Shown: positions 1-13,232, counted from the whole stretch's first letter. The stretch is DNA of 63,485 nucleotides, filler included, from Octopus bimaculoides (GCF_001194135.2; 7 parts of 6 records of this genome joined end to end with filler, not necessarily neighbours in it), one strand, 5' to 3'. Notes: a model not told the origin generated them from the letters alone. Numbers and translations are program-made.

Positions 1-254
1 TAAAAGAGTAAAGAGTATATATATATGTATGTGTGTGTATATGTTTGTGTGTCTGTGTTTGTCCCCCCAACATCACCTGACAACCAATGCTGGTGTGTTT
101 ACGTCCCCATCACTTAGCGGTTCGGCAAAGAGAGGCCGATAGAATAAGTACTAGGCTTACAAAGAATAAGTCCTGGGGTTGATTTGCTCGACTAAAGGCA
201 GTGCTCCAGCATGGCCACAGTCAAATGACAGAAACAAGTAAAAGAGTAAAGAGT
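1..254 (+). mobile_element. SINE family A, 3' half (preceded by the tail of another copy)
   Basis: GTCCCCCCAACATC...GATAGAATAAGTACTAGGCTTACAAAGAATAAGTCCTGGGG...CAGCATGGCC.CAGTCAAATGAC.GAAACAAGTAAAAGAG tail, which recurs at 15.0, 18.4, 21.2, 22.2, 39.8 and 56.6 kb. Confidence 0.85.
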
Positions 255-267
255 ATATATATATGTA

Positions 268-377
268 GGCGCAGGTGTGGCTGTGTGTTAAGAAGCTTGC
301 TTCCCAACCACATGTTCTGGGTTCTGTCTCACTGTGTGGCACCTTGAGCAAGTATCTGAAACTGAAAGAAGCCTGTT
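268..377 (+). mobile_element. SINE family A tRNA-like head, internally deleted
   Basis: GCAGGTGTGGCTGTGTG..AAGAAGCTTGCTTCCCAACCACATG head matches 14718 and 8108; ~50 bp missing before GAAACTGAAAGAAGCC. Confidence 0.75.
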
Positions 378-397
378 GTATATATAATGCAAGACTG

Positions 398-746
398 CAC
401 ATTTCTTTGGGAACCAGACAAAATTTGCTGCAGCTCGGTTGCCCCACCCTCCATATTTACCAGATATTGCTCCTTCAGATATCCTCTTATTCAGGTCTCT
501 GCAGAATAGTCTTAATGGTAAAAATTTCCATTCCTTGGATGACGTAAAAAGGATACCTTGATGAATTCTTTGCCATGAAACCACCTCGATTCTGGGAAGA
601 GGGTATTTTCAAGTTAAAAGGAAAGATGGAGACGCATTGTGCAACAAAATGGTTCATATTTGGTTGATTAAAAATGGAATGGCAAGTATTTATTGACCTT
701 TTTCTTTCCTTTAAAAATCGGCACAAACTCTCCGGACAACCCAATA
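398..746 (+). mobile_element. mariner DNA transposon 3' remnant (frameshifted transposase C-terminus plus right TIR)
   Basis: Translation LPHPPYLPDIAPSDILLFRSLQNSLNGKNF...DEFFAMKPPRFWEEGIFKL matches the mariner PHPPYSPDLAPSD motif; ends in TIR-like CGGACAACCCAATA. Confidence 0.85.
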
Positions 747-978
747 GATATAAATAGACAGAGACAGAGATAAATAAACAGTTGCTGTAAAACTGAGAGA
801 AAGAGACAAAACAGAATGATGGATAGAAATTATAAGTTTCAGAAACAGAATGAGTGAGAGACGAAGAGAGAGTGACTGAAATGAAGAGAATGAGAGAGAG
901 AGAGCAGCTGACATAAAGTGAAAAGAATAGGTGATACAAACTGAGAGAGAGAGAGAGAGTTTGAAAAAATATATATAC

Positions 979-1022
<44 letters not shown>

Positions 1023-1858
1023 NNNNNNNNNNNNNNNNNNNNNNNNNNNNNNNNNNNNNNNNNNNNNNNNNNNNNNNNNNNNNNNNNNNNNNNNNNNNNN
1101 NNNNNNNNNNNNNNNNNNNNNNNNNNNNNNNNNNNNNNNNNNNNNNNNNNNNNNNNNNNNNNNNNNNNNNNNNNNNNNNNNNNNNNNNNNNNNNNNNNNN
1201 NNNNNNNNNNNNNNNNNNNNNNNNNNNNNNNNNNNNNNNNNNNNNNNNNNNNNNNNNNNNNNNNNNNNNNNNNNNNNNNNNNNNNNNNNNNNNNNNNNNN
1301 NNNNNNNNNNNNNNNNNNNNNNNNNNNNNNNNNNNNNNNNNNNNNNNNNNNNNNNNNNNNNNNNNNNNNNNNNNNNNNNNNNNNNNNNNNNNNNNNNNNN
1401 NNNNNNNNNNNNNNNNNNNNNNNNNNNNNNNNNNNNNNNNNNNNNNNNNNNNNNNNNNNNNNNNNNNNNNNNNNNNNNNNNNNNNNNNNNNNNNNNNNNN
1501 NNNNNNNNNNNNNNNNNNNNNNNNNNNNNNNNNNNNNNNNNNNNNNNNNNNNNNNNNNNNNNNNNNNNNNNNNNNNNNNNNNNNNNNNNNNNNNNNNNNN
1601 NNNNNNNNNNNNNNNNNNNNNNNNNNNNNNNNNNNNNNNNNNNNNNNNNNNNNNNNNNNNNNNNNNNNNNNNNNNNNNNNNNNNNNNNNNNNNNNNNNNN
1701 NNNNNNNNNNNNNNNNNNNNNNNATTTATGATGATAAATGGTTTTACCGATAAAGGTTTTTTCATACTGAACTACTTGGCAAAATTGTTAATTATTAATT
1801 CTATTATTAATTGACGATTCCCTGCCCTTATTCTTGTATATATATATATATATATACA

Positions 1859-1902
<44 letters not shown>

Positions 1903-2273
1903 CATGCATATATATACATATATATACACACACGTGTGTGAGTGTGTGTGTGTGTCTATTTATCTATGAATCTATGTATGTAAGTATGTGTGTATGTATG
2001 TATTTGGCTATCTATCTAGCTGTCTCTCTGTCTGTCTCTGTATGCTTGTGTATGTGTCTGCCTATATATGTATGTGTGTGTGTACATATATATACATATA
2101 TTTTATACACATATATATATGAATATTTTATATATATATTCAGCATGGCCGCAGCTCTGAGCTGAAACTTTGAAATGAATACATACACACACATACACAT
2201 ATATATGCATATATACGTACATATGTATATACATGTATGTGTGTGTGTGTGTGCACAAACGCATGTATTTTGA

Positions 2274-2456
2274 AGAGGAAGCAAGAGATGGCAACCGAAG
2301 GAAGTTGAAATGTGACAACATTGAAGTGCGCATTTGCTGTGCAGCTGTACAACACCATATTCCATAGCAATGCACTCACCACCAGTATTCGCCGTGCCGC
2401 CAGGATGTTTCTTCGCTGAAAAAACGCAACCGCTGCATTAATTTTGAGGAGCATTA
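2274..2456. repeat. 183-bp direct repeat, copy 1
   Basis: 11 mismatches counted by eye against 3605-3787. Confidence 0.9.
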
Positions 2457-2599
2457 TGAGAATGTGCGACATTTGTGTTTGGTATGGAAGTAGATAGAAG
2501 AGCACAGATATCGACATGGTGGAGGTCACAGGGTTTAGAAAGAAATAGATGCATAAGCTCATATACACACATGTATGCATTTGTACATATATACAAAGG

Positions 2600-2715
2600 T
2601 TCTTCAGACTTTGGGGTCTCACAGAAGGGATGACAAGGAACCAGGACTTCTGGTAGTTTGCTATACTTGAGAAGACCTGTTGAGCTAAGTAAAACCATGG
2701 TTGTCCTTGCATACA
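2600..2715 (+). mobile_element. RTE-like LINE 3' fragment
   Basis: LWGLTEGMTRNQDFW*FAILEKTC; TTGAGAAGACCTGTTGAG segment shared with 21465-21490 and, inverted, with 5940-5960. Confidence 0.5.
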
Positions 2716-3527
2716 GGTATGTCACCTGCATCCCTCTAGAGCTGAGTGATTTTAATCTTGTGTGCTTGTGGTTGCTGGTCCTAAAATATCCACTTTTTAA
2801 AAATTAAAACAAAAAAAAGTCAGAATATAAAACATAGACAGACTGAACTTTTTGCTTAAATCCCAGCAATGGACCGCCTTTGGGCACATCATCATTCAGT
2901 TAAATGTTTATGGGGAGAAAACTATTGAAAAATATCAGCACATGTCAGAGTTACATGCCAGAAACAAGTAATGTATCAGGTGGTCGTGGGATGTACTAAA
3001 AAGAACTGCTAAATCGCCCTTGAATCACATACACACAAAATTTTTTGCATAATCTTATGAATTTCCAGATGTAGAAAACAAATTCATAAAAATTTTCTAA
3101 AAATCCCCAAAAGTAGGAAAGTTATGACAGGGTTATATGGAGTGCTTAAAACAGAATTCCACCCAGACTTTGTCCCCTTGCTAGAAAGTAAAATATGAAC
3201 AGGTTGATGGAAGTGATTCAATAAAAAACAATTAGATATGCAGACACTCATAGTAAGTAGTTGTATTGAGAGACAGATCGATGTACAAACAGAGATAGCT
3301 GCATATATTTATAAATACGCACATACCTATTCACATTTGCACTTTCACACACTCATACAACAATGCAGGAAGTAATAGATAGTCACCATGAAAATGAGTG
3401 AAAGAGAGAGAGATATCCAGGGAAAGATGCTAGAGACAGACAGAAAAATGAGAAAGACCGAGATCAAGACAGAAAGGGTGAAACAAACATATATATATAT
3501 ATATATATATAAGTATATTTATATATA

Positions 3528-3574
<47 letters not shown>

Positions 3575-3604
3575 CTGTGTGTGACATAAATCTGTGTGAG
3601 ACAG

Positions 3605-3787
3605 AGAGGAAGCAAGAGATGGTGACCGAAGGAAGTTGAAATGTGACAACATTGAAGTGCGCATTTGCTGTGCAGCTATACAACACCATATTCCATAGCA
3701 GTGCACTCACCAGCAGTATTTGCCGCGCCACCAGGAGGTTTCTTCGCTGAAAAAATGCAACCGCTGCATTAATTTTGAGAAGCATTA
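3605..3787. repeat. 183-bp direct repeat, copy 2
   Basis: About 94% identical to 2274-2456. Confidence 0.9.
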
Positions 3788-4217
3788 GGACATTTTAGCA
3801 GTATATATATATATATATACACACTGCTAAAATATATATATATGCGCAAGCGCAGGTGTCAATATTTGTTAAATACAATTTGCAAAGCATTATGACTTTT
3901 GTATTGTATACATACATATAAATACGTGATTGGGTGTGTGAGTGTGTGATAGTATTGAACAATGAGAATGTGTACTTCTTATTGCATTTGGTGGATAAAT
4001 ATTCTTTATCTGTGTATAAACTGCTATACCAATAGTTTTATATGGAAATATTCACAGTTCTTCAAGTGTTCTGCTTTAGGATGGTAATCACATCCATTTG
4101 TATATGCTGGTGGTCCTATTCAAAATGTATGCAATTACCAACATCCATCACAAATTGTGAATTCTTTTATACATGAAACCATTGGTAGCATTGTTGATTC
4201 AAAAATAAGTATGTATA

Positions 4218-5165
4218 CAAGGTGGTACCCTAAAGAAACCAGAATTTTGCAATGTTATTTTATTCACTTAGTTTTACATGTTTACACTTTTATCGCCCTC
4301 GAAGTATTCTCCATTTGAAGCAATGGAGCAGTCCAGATGTATTTTTCACTGTCCACTTCGATTAATATACATATATGGCAAGTAAGAAAACGGAGAAGAT
4401 ATAAAATCAACAGACATCAGCCGGTAAACATTCAGCTATCACTGCGATGTGATGCCTTTTAATGCCCCCATCATTTTTTCCCTTTTTTTCCCCATCATTT
4501 TTTCCACATTTGCAAATTCCGTACCACCAGCTTTCGTCACCAGTGATGACCTTCCACAAAAGGTCCAGATCGACTTCCAACCTTTCTTTCAGTCCACGAC
4601 GTGCATTCAGTCTTGACTGCTTTTGGTCTTCCATGAGCAAGCGAGACACGAATTTTGCTGCAACTCTTTTCATTCTCAATTCCTCGCTCAAAATTCATTG
4701 GCAGGAGCTCCAGGACACACCAGTCATATCAACAAATTTGTCAATCATTCGGCTACGGTCCTCCAAGATCAGTTCAGGAATTTCCATGATGTTTTCCGTC
4801 ATTTGGGAGGTCAACAAGGTTGGTGACAAGTGACCATTCCTAAAGCAGGAAAACCACTCGTAAACTTGTGTTTTCCTCATGGCAGCATCCTTATAAGCTA
4901 TTTGAAGCATGGCACCTCTTTCGGCCACCATTTTCCCCCAGCAGAAAATGGAATTTGACAGAAGCATGCTGTTCCTTCATTTCAGCCGATGCAAAAATCG
5001 ACAAACAGAGGAAAAGCATTTCAAAACAAAAACATGCCACATAGCAGTTCGACCTCACAGGATGTCAAGAGACTGATGCTTGAGGGTCACATCTAGTGGC
5101 GGAAGCCTGAACTATAACAGGCATGCCCCACAGGGAACATTTCCAGTTGTTTTTTTGGTTATTAT
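4218..5165 (-). mobile_element. internally deleted mariner transposon
   Basis: Minus strand reads AYKDAAMRKTQVYEWFSCFRNG (HTH), RVAAKFVSRLL, VITGDESWWYG (first catalytic D), then the C-terminus SIASNGEYFEGDKSVNM*; TA followed by TIR-like CAAGGTGGTACCC at 4216-4230; the far end is degenerate. Confidence 0.85.
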
Positions 5166-5574
5166 TTAATGAACACAATATATATTTATGAGCTGCTAAT
5201 AGTTTCATACATTGAAGATATTACCTTGATAAGTTTTAAAACACATCTCATGTCCACAAGTAATCTTCAGATTCTGGACACATGGCCGATACAAATCAGG
5301 ACAATGGAACAAGAGAAATCATGACAAAAAATTAGATGAGGGTGAGTTCAAAAAGTAGAATGGTGAAGCCCCTTTCATCACATTTTTCCTTCATAATTTT
5401 TCTTGTTTTAGTTTCCTGATTTGTAACTTGTATAGACCATGTGCCCAGAGCCTGAAATTACTTGGAGACACTAGGCAGGTTTTAAAACCTGCCTAGATAG
5501 TATCGTTAATGTATGGAACTATCGGTAACTCATACCTATTAAAAAGTGTAGATATTACATAATATATATATATA

Positions 5575-6055
5575 TCATCATCATCGTTTAACGTCCGCTT
5601 TCCATGCTAGCATGGGTTGGACGATTTGACTGAGGACTGGTGAAACCAGATGGCTACATCAGGCTCCAATCTGATTTGGCAGAGTTTCTACAGCTGGATG
5701 CTCTTCCTAATGCCAACCACTCCGAGAGTGTAGTGGGTGCTTTTACGTGTCACCCGCACGAAGGCCAGTCAGGAGGTACTGGCAACGGCCACGCTCAAAA
5801 TGGTGTATTTTATGTGCCACCCGCACAAGGGCCAGTCCAAGGGCACTGGCAACGATCTCGCTCGAAAGTCCTTACACATGCCGTGGGCACAAGACCCAGA
5901 AAAGCGACACTGGGCACAGGTGCCATCACGATTTCGCTTTCGCTTGCCTCAACAGGTCTTCGCAAGCTGAGTTTTGTGTCCAATGAAGGAGACGACGTTG
6001 GCAATGGGTGCCAGTCATCAAATTTAGTACGATTTCGATTTCACTTGTCTCAACA
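5575..6055 (-). mobile_element. RTE-like LINE 3' end with (GAT)n tail
   Basis: TCATCATCGTTTAACGTCCGCTTTCCATGCTAGCATGGGTTGGACG is the reverse complement of the tail at 6300-6350 and 21645-21710. Confidence 0.75.
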
Positions 6056-6064
6056 GGAATATGA

Positions 6065-6350
6065 CACTGCCAGTGCTGGTACCATGTAAAAAGAATCCAG
6101 CCCATACTGTAAAATGGTTGGCATTTGGAAGGGCATCCAGGTGCAAAAACCATGCCAAAGCAGTCTTTGTTGGTTCTGGTGCCATGTAAAACGCACGCAG
6201 TCTAGTCTGTAAATTGGTTGGCACGAGGAAGGGGATCCAGCTGTAAAAAACAAACAGTAAAGCCTGATGCAGTCCTCCGGCTTGCCAACTTCTGTCAAAC
6301 TATCCAACCCATGCCAGCATGGAAAACAGAGATTAAATGATGATGATGAC
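6065..6350 (+). mobile_element. RTE-like LINE 3' end with (GAT)n tail and an internal partial duplication
   Basis: GGTTGGCA...GGAAGGG.ATCCAG occurs twice; ends CAACCCATGCCAGCATGGAAAACAGAGATTAAATGATGATGATG. Confidence 0.75.
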
Positions 6351-6513
6351 ATACACGTATGCATATATATGTCCCTGATATTTCTCTTGTCCTCAAACCT
6401 AATCAAAATGATTCCTGAGATTTTTATCTTTATTTTTATAATTTTCATGCGAGAAATTAATTAATCTGCTTTTATTGTCTCTTAACAGCAAAATGATGAT
6501 GATGATGATGGCG

Positions 6514-6587
<74 letters not shown>

Positions 6588-6639
6588 ATAACGATAATAT
6601 AATGTACTGGAGATGATTTCTTAGAAGTTTCTATCTTTG

Positions 6640-7080
<441 letters not shown>

Positions 7081-7454
7081 ATTTTTTTTATTTATCTCTG
7101 TAACAAATGTAGATTAGATAAGACGATCGCCAAGGAGGACAGCAAAAATAGCCAGAAACGAAGAAAGATGAGAGAAAAAGAAAATTAATGACGACAACGA
7201 CAACAACAACAATAATGACAGTGACAACAGCAACAACAACCGCCACATCAACAGCAAGACCAACAACAATAATAATCATCAAAGTAAGCACTACAACAAC
7301 AACGACGACGACGACGACGACGACGACAGTGGTTTCAATTGAAATTACAAGCTTAAACATAAGAGAATGAATGATGTAGTCATTATTTGCCACAAGGACA
7401 AGGAAAAAAAAACTATACAACCACTGTCAAGGAATTGTCGAGAGGAACACAGAA

Positions 7455-7455
7455 A

Positions 7456-7542
<87 letters not shown>

Positions 7543-7599
7543 CAGCAGCAGTAGTAGTAGTAGTAGTAGTAGTGGCAGCANNNNNNNNNNAGCAGCAGC

Positions 7600-7631
<32 letters not shown>

Positions 7632-7650
7632 CAGCAGCAGTAGTAGTAGC

Positions 7651-7682
<32 letters not shown>

Positions 7683-7854
7683 CAGCAGCACTAGTAGCAG
7701 TAGCAGCAACAGTAGTAGTAGCAGTAGTAGTAGCAGCAGCAGCAGCATTAGTAGCAGTAGCAGCAGCAGTAGTAGCAACAGCAGTAGTAGTAGTAGTAGT
7801 AGTAATAATAGTAATAGTAGTAGCAGCAGCAGCAACAACAGTAGTAGTAGTAGT

Positions 7855-7916
<62 letters not shown>

Positions 7917-8020
7917 CAGCAGCATTAGTAGTAGTTGTAGTAGTAGAAGTAGTAGCTGCAGCAATAGTAATAGTATTTCTAGTGGTGGTAATGGTGGTTA
8001 TGCCAGTGGTTGTAGTAGTT
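7455..8020. repeat. (AGT/AGC)n compound trinucleotide array
   Basis: Direct inspection; source of the poly-V/A/S/L ORFs. Confidence 0.95.
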
Positions 8021-8107
8021 GTACTTCTCAGGTTATTTAATTAAAGAGTTGACTTCTCATCATTGAAGAGTAGACTTGCTAACAAACTTTTTCCAGGTAG
8101 AATTTTC

Positions 8108-8337
8108 ACAGGAGTGGCTGTGTGGTAAGTAGCTTGCTTACCAACCACATGGTTCCGGGTTCAGTCCCACTGCGTGGCACCTTGGACAAGTGTCTTCTAC
8201 TATAGCCTCGGGCCGACCAAAGTCTTGTGAGTGGATTTGGTAGACGGAAACTGAAAGAAGCCCGTCGCTGTGTGGTAAGTAGCTTGCTTACCAACCACAT
8301 GGTTCCGGGTTCAGTCCCACTGCGTGGCACCTTGGAC
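8108..8337 (+). mobile_element. SINE family A head plus an immediate 70-bp repeat of the head, ending at a gap
   Basis: A-box-like TGGCTGTGTGG and B-box-like GGTTCAGTCCC; 8267-8337 repeats 8117-8187. Confidence 0.85.
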
Positions 8338-8381
8338 NNNNNNNNNNNNNNNNNNNNNNNNNNNNNNNNNNNNNNNNNNNN

Positions 8382-8393
8382 TTAATTAATTAA
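8382..8393. other. assembly gap linker TTAATTAATTAA inside a 44N-12-44N gap (also 20351, 42787, 47238, 50950, 60498)
   Basis: Identical palindromic 12-mer with stops in all six frames, centred in 100-bp gaps six times. Confidence 0.95.
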
Positions 8394-8437
8394 NNNNNNN
8401 NNNNNNNNNNNNNNNNNNNNNNNNNNNNNNNNNNNNN

Positions 8438-8476
<39 letters not shown>

Positions 8477-9619
8477 GCATTCACACACACACAGACACAA
8501 ACACAGACACACACACACACGCATGTATATGTATATACAAACACGCATATATACATATACATACATACAAGCGTGCATACATACATACATACATACATAC
8601 ATACATAGAGACAGACAGACAGACAGAGAGAGAGACAGACAGACATATATGTGGATGAGAAGATGGCTGGATCTATGGATGGATGCTTTTAATTTTATTA
8701 AGTAAGCAGTTTGCTTTGATATTGTTTATTTAACCATTTATCTCTCATATCTGTGTATAGCTAACATGTCGTCTTCTTCCTAATTGATTGAGTTAATATT
8801 AACGTGTGAAGAGAAGAAAAAAGAAAATGAAATCAGTACTGCTGTTGCAGCCGTTTCACTACATAATTAACAAATATTATAAATAATTGTTTATAATTAT
8901 CTAATTCCACCCACCTCTATGAGAATTAATTTGGAGATTAAACGATTGACAATTAACCTCGCTGGAACCTTTCTAACAATTTTATCGTAGTTATCACTTG
9001 ATTTGTATTTTATCAACTTTTCCATGCGCTTTTTATATATTCACAGCTTATAACTTGATGTCTAATCTCTAACAAAATTACTTTTTGTATTCAAAGCTTG
9101 AAGCCGACATTAGATGATAAGACAGCGATCCCTGATATTCAAAGTAACGGAATGCAAACGGTTGCAATTTCTTTGATGATAAGTGTACTCCATTTGAACT
9201 GAACTGGCGATAAACCACTACAACTATGAGTATTTTACAGAGCTATATTTCCGTTACAAACCTTCATTAGATCCGCCTCCAAATATTTCAAGTTTGAACA
9301 ATTGCTATTATGTTGTGAAAGAGAAATGAACGCTATTACAGAATTCTGATCATGCATTTGAGATGTTATGGCTACATACATGCATAAACATAGATTAGAT
9401 TAGAGTAAAGTAAATAATCTATTTTACTTTGGTTATATTTTCCCCGAATTGCACTCAACGTTTTGGAGATCTCTTTTTTGCTTATTGGTATTTTTTTTAT
9501 ATGTTAAAGCCCCAAATGAATGTTTTGACTAGTAATTGCATGGACAGTAACAGTTAAGTTATTCAACTCACTATATTAAACACATTACAAACGAGAGACT
9601 CTACTGCGTCTGTATTTAG

Positions 9620-9665
9620 CAACAGTAGCAGCAGCAGTCTCAGTAGCAGCAGTAGCAGCAGCAGC

Positions 9666-9710
<45 letters not shown>

Positions 9711-10431
9711 CGTAGTAGTAGTAGTAGTAGTAGTAGTAGTCTCAGTAGCAGCAGCAGTCTCAGTAGCAGCAGTAGCAGCAGCAGCAGTAGTAGTAGTAGT
9801 AGTAGTANNNNNNNNNNNNNNNNNNNNNNNNNNNNNNNNNNNNNNNNNNNNNNNNNNNNNNNNNNNNNNNNNNNNNNNNNNNNNNNNNNNNNNNNNNNNN
9901 NNNNNNNNNNNNNNNNNNNNNNNNNNNNNNNNNNNNNNNNNNNNNNNNNNNNNNNNNNNNNNNNNNNNNNNNNNNNNNNNNNNNNNNNNNNNNNNNNNNN
10001 NNNNNNNNNNNNNNNNNNNNNNNNNNNNNNNNNNNNNNNNNNNNNNNNNNNNNNNNNNNNNNNNNNNNNNNNNNNNNNNNNNNNNNNNNNNNNNNNNNNN
10101 NNNNNNNNNNNNNNNNNNNNNNNNNNNNNNNNNNNNNNNNNNNNNNNNNNNNNNNNNNNNNNNNNNNNNNNNNNNNNNNNNNNNNNNNNNNNNNNNNNNN
10201 NNNNNNNNNNNNNNNNNNNNNNNNNNNNNNNNNNNNNNNNNNNNNNNNNNNNNNNNNNNNNNNNNNNNNNNNNNNNNNNNNNNNNNNNNNNNNNNNNNNN
10301 NNNNNNNNNNNNNNNNNNNNNNNNNNNNNNNNNNNNNNNNNNNNNNNNNNNNNNNNNNNNNNNNNNNNNNNNNNNNNNNNNNNNNNNNNNNNNNNNNNNN
10401 NNNNNNNNNNNNNNNNNNNNNNNNNNNNNNN

Positions 10432-10481
<50 letters not shown>

Positions 10482-10482
10482 T

Positions 10483-10514
<32 letters not shown>

Positions 10515-10560
10515 TAGTAGTAGTAGCAGCAGTAGTAGTAGCAGTAGTAGCAGTAGTAGC

Positions 10561-10607
<47 letters not shown>

Positions 10608-10632
10608 TAGTAGTAGTAGTAGTAGTGGTAGT

Positions 10633-10667
<35 letters not shown>

Positions 10668-10701
10668 TAGTAGTAGCAGCAGTAGTAGTAGTGGTAGTAG
10701 C

Positions 10702-10750
<49 letters not shown>
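9620..10750. repeat. (AGT/AGC)n trinucleotide array spanning a gap
   Basis: Direct inspection. Confidence 0.95.
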
Positions 10751-10752
<2 letters not shown>

Positions 10753-11863
10753 TACTGTTGTTTGTTGTTGTCGGTGGTGCTGGTGTTTATCCCTTAAGCC
10801 ACGTCTGATCGTGTGTCCATATATATTCAAATATATTTCAGTTATGGTGCCTTGAAGTATTTTATTCAGTTTAACTTTTCATAATCATAACCGGTGTACC
10901 TTCATTACCTACATATAGGTTGCCACTTGAATAGAATATGCCTCTATGAAGAAGTCTAATAATATTGAACTATGCCTGTAACTTAAAAGACTAGATGCCC
11001 TCTTGCTTTTTCCATATATTCTAGAAATTTCAAGTAAATTACGTTATTAAATTTATCTCATTTGTTTGCTGTTTCTATATTTTAGGTAGCTCTATAAAGA
11101 GTTTCATATACTAATAGCATATACAATCTAAATTAATCGAAGTTTTTCAGTTGACATTATTTCGTACGTGAAACTCTAGTGTATATTCATTTGAAAGGTA
11201 ATTCATCAATATTCTTCGAACACTGTCACTTGCACTTGCTCATGACACACTAAGACACATTCCGTTCCAAAAGCTAACTGCCAAGAATCAAAATTACCCG
11301 AGGCTTCTTTCCCAGAGTATCTTCTATCTCTTTAAACAGTGTCGATTACTTAATAAAAAATTATCCATAGTATTTAAGTTCTGAGTATCTTCGGATACCT
11401 TACCAGGCAATCGATTGACTACGTTCATATCTAGAAGTCTATATATTTATTATCATTATATTTCTATACAAAAGCCAGAGCATTAAATACTCCTTAATAG
11501 AGGCTTTAAGTTCAGATTCCATCCCTATACAGTTTCTTCGTTGTCATGGCAATTTGATTGCTTTTCATTTCTATTTAAATAAATCTTTTACTCTTACTGC
11601 TGTCGTCATTTGACCAAGTAAGAGCAGCTGGATCACGCTCCAATTTTTACCCAGCGGCTTTGCCACAACAGGAAGGGCATCGATTTTTAAGTGCCTCTAA
11701 GACTGTTGGGAAATAAGAAAGAAGTAATCCTCAAACAGGAGAGTTGGTCCAAATATTTACTATCAAGTGAACTCCGCAAAACCCAAGAGCCAGATGGCGT
11801 TACTGAACCGGATGATAATTAAGTCTACCTGGAAATATATACTACTAAATACGCAATGCTCGT

Positions 11864-12185
11864 GGAGGTGCGTGGCTTGGTAGTTAGGGTGTTGGACTCA
11901 TGATCGAAAGATTGTAGCTTCGATTCCTGGACTGGGTGACGCGTTGTTTTCTTGGGAAAAACTCTTCATTTCATGTTGCCCCAGTCCACTCTGCCAGCAA
12001 AAATGAGTAATCTCGTGACAGACTGGCTTGGAAATCTGCCCTATAAGTTTACGATACCCGGGAAGAAACTTTACTTTTTACACATTGTTCGAAAGACGGA
12101 GCTGGTGGTGATGTCTGGAAAGCCTTTACGCATTAAGTTTGCTTAATCAGGATAGACTTGGGCAAAACATTAGCACAAACAACAA
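11864..12185 (+). mobile_element. SINE family B (tRNA head, conserved core, CAA-rich tail)
   Basis: GGAGGTGCGTGGCTTGGTAGTTAGGG...TTCGATTCC; core TTCATTTCATGTTGCCCCAGTCCACTC. Confidence 0.75.
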
Positions 12186-12972
12186 AAGCAAGAAGCGCTC
12201 TAGTTTTTTATTGGACAGTTTGTTATTTTCTCTAAAATCCGAGCTAAATATTGCTTATATTTTTTTCATTCCATAGATTGTCTGCCAACCTGTATAACTG
12301 TTATATCATTTCTGAAATCCAGCAATATCCGACATTTTAATCTCCACATCATCTGCACCGATCCAATATAGCTCTACACTTTCTTTTTATTCCCGAGAGG
12401 AACACTACAGGAAAGAAAACGATAAAAGAAAAACATAGCCATCGACACCAAAACAATCTGCAAAAAAAAAAAATGCGATTAATTTATTTGAGAAATAAAA
12501 CTCTAGAGATTTGATTGGTGATCAATTAGTTATTTGTGGAACAAAAAAATCTCGTGTCTGAGCTTAATCTAATTCAATAAGCATTTCAATCGTTACATTA
12601 TCATAGCACATTAAATGATAGCGTGATTTAGACAGAAACTCAATGTTACATACTATTATAGACAGACTAATTTAATTCTATATCGAACAAATATAATTTC
12701 AGTTAATATTTGCTTGTGTATGTGTTACTGTTGAGTAAGAGAATAATATTCTGTAAGAAGAGATCCGAATGTTGTTTCGATTCTCGGCTGTCCTAAATTA
12801 ACTAAATATGATGATGATTGATACTATTGAGAAAGGTTTACACTTTACAAAGTATTACGTCTATATCTCCTTAAAATATAAGTTATGTGGTCGGAGAAAA
12901 AAGCATCCATATATGTTGTTGCACGCAAATGAAAGATGTTGTTTAACCCAAGGTCAATTTTGACTGAGTGTG

Positions 12973-13232
12973 TGTTGGCACTCCGTCGCTTACGACGTCG
13001 AGGGTTCCAGTTGATCCGATCAATGGAACAGCTTGCTCGTGAAATTAACGTGCAAGTGGCTGAGAACTCCACAGACACGTGTACCCTTAACGTAGTTCTC
13101 GGGGAGATTCAGCGTGACGCAGTGTGACAAGGCTGACCCTTTGAATTACAGGCACAACAGAAACAGGAAGTAAGAGTGAGAGGAAGTTGTGGTGGAAGAG
13201 TACAGCAGGGTTCGCCACCATTCCCTGCCGGA
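12973..13232 (-). mobile_element. SINE family C body and tail, headless
   Basis: GGCACTCCGTCGCTTACGACGTCGAGGGTTCC...GAAATTAACGTGCAAGTGGCTGAG is shared with 55922 and, inverted, with 53300-53479; its 5' end overlaps the end of the 32881 head. Confidence 0.8.

Noticed and set aside
839-1814. 250-320 aa ORFs here and at 30.2-31.3, 36.7-37.3 and 58.8-59.7 kb
   Set aside because: Read-through of N runs.
3793-3830. TTTTAGCAGT-(TA)n-ACTGCTAAAA hairpin
   Set aside because: 10-bp arms around a TA run; too short to distinguish from a replication-slippage by-product.
5629-5650. Other CTGANGA matches (5629, 17710, 28474, 34771, 51608, 54792; minus strand 50810, 53915, 55343)
   Set aside because: Each lacks a pairing stem II, a correctly placed GAAA, or a stem I.
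8338-8437. Recurring palindrome TTAATTAATTAA (six times)
   Set aside because: Always centred in exact 44N-12-44N gaps and has stops in six frames: an assembly linker, not biology.
7367-10855. Long poly-V/A/S/T/L ORFs
   Set aside because: Translations of (AGT/AGC)n microsatellites and N gaps.
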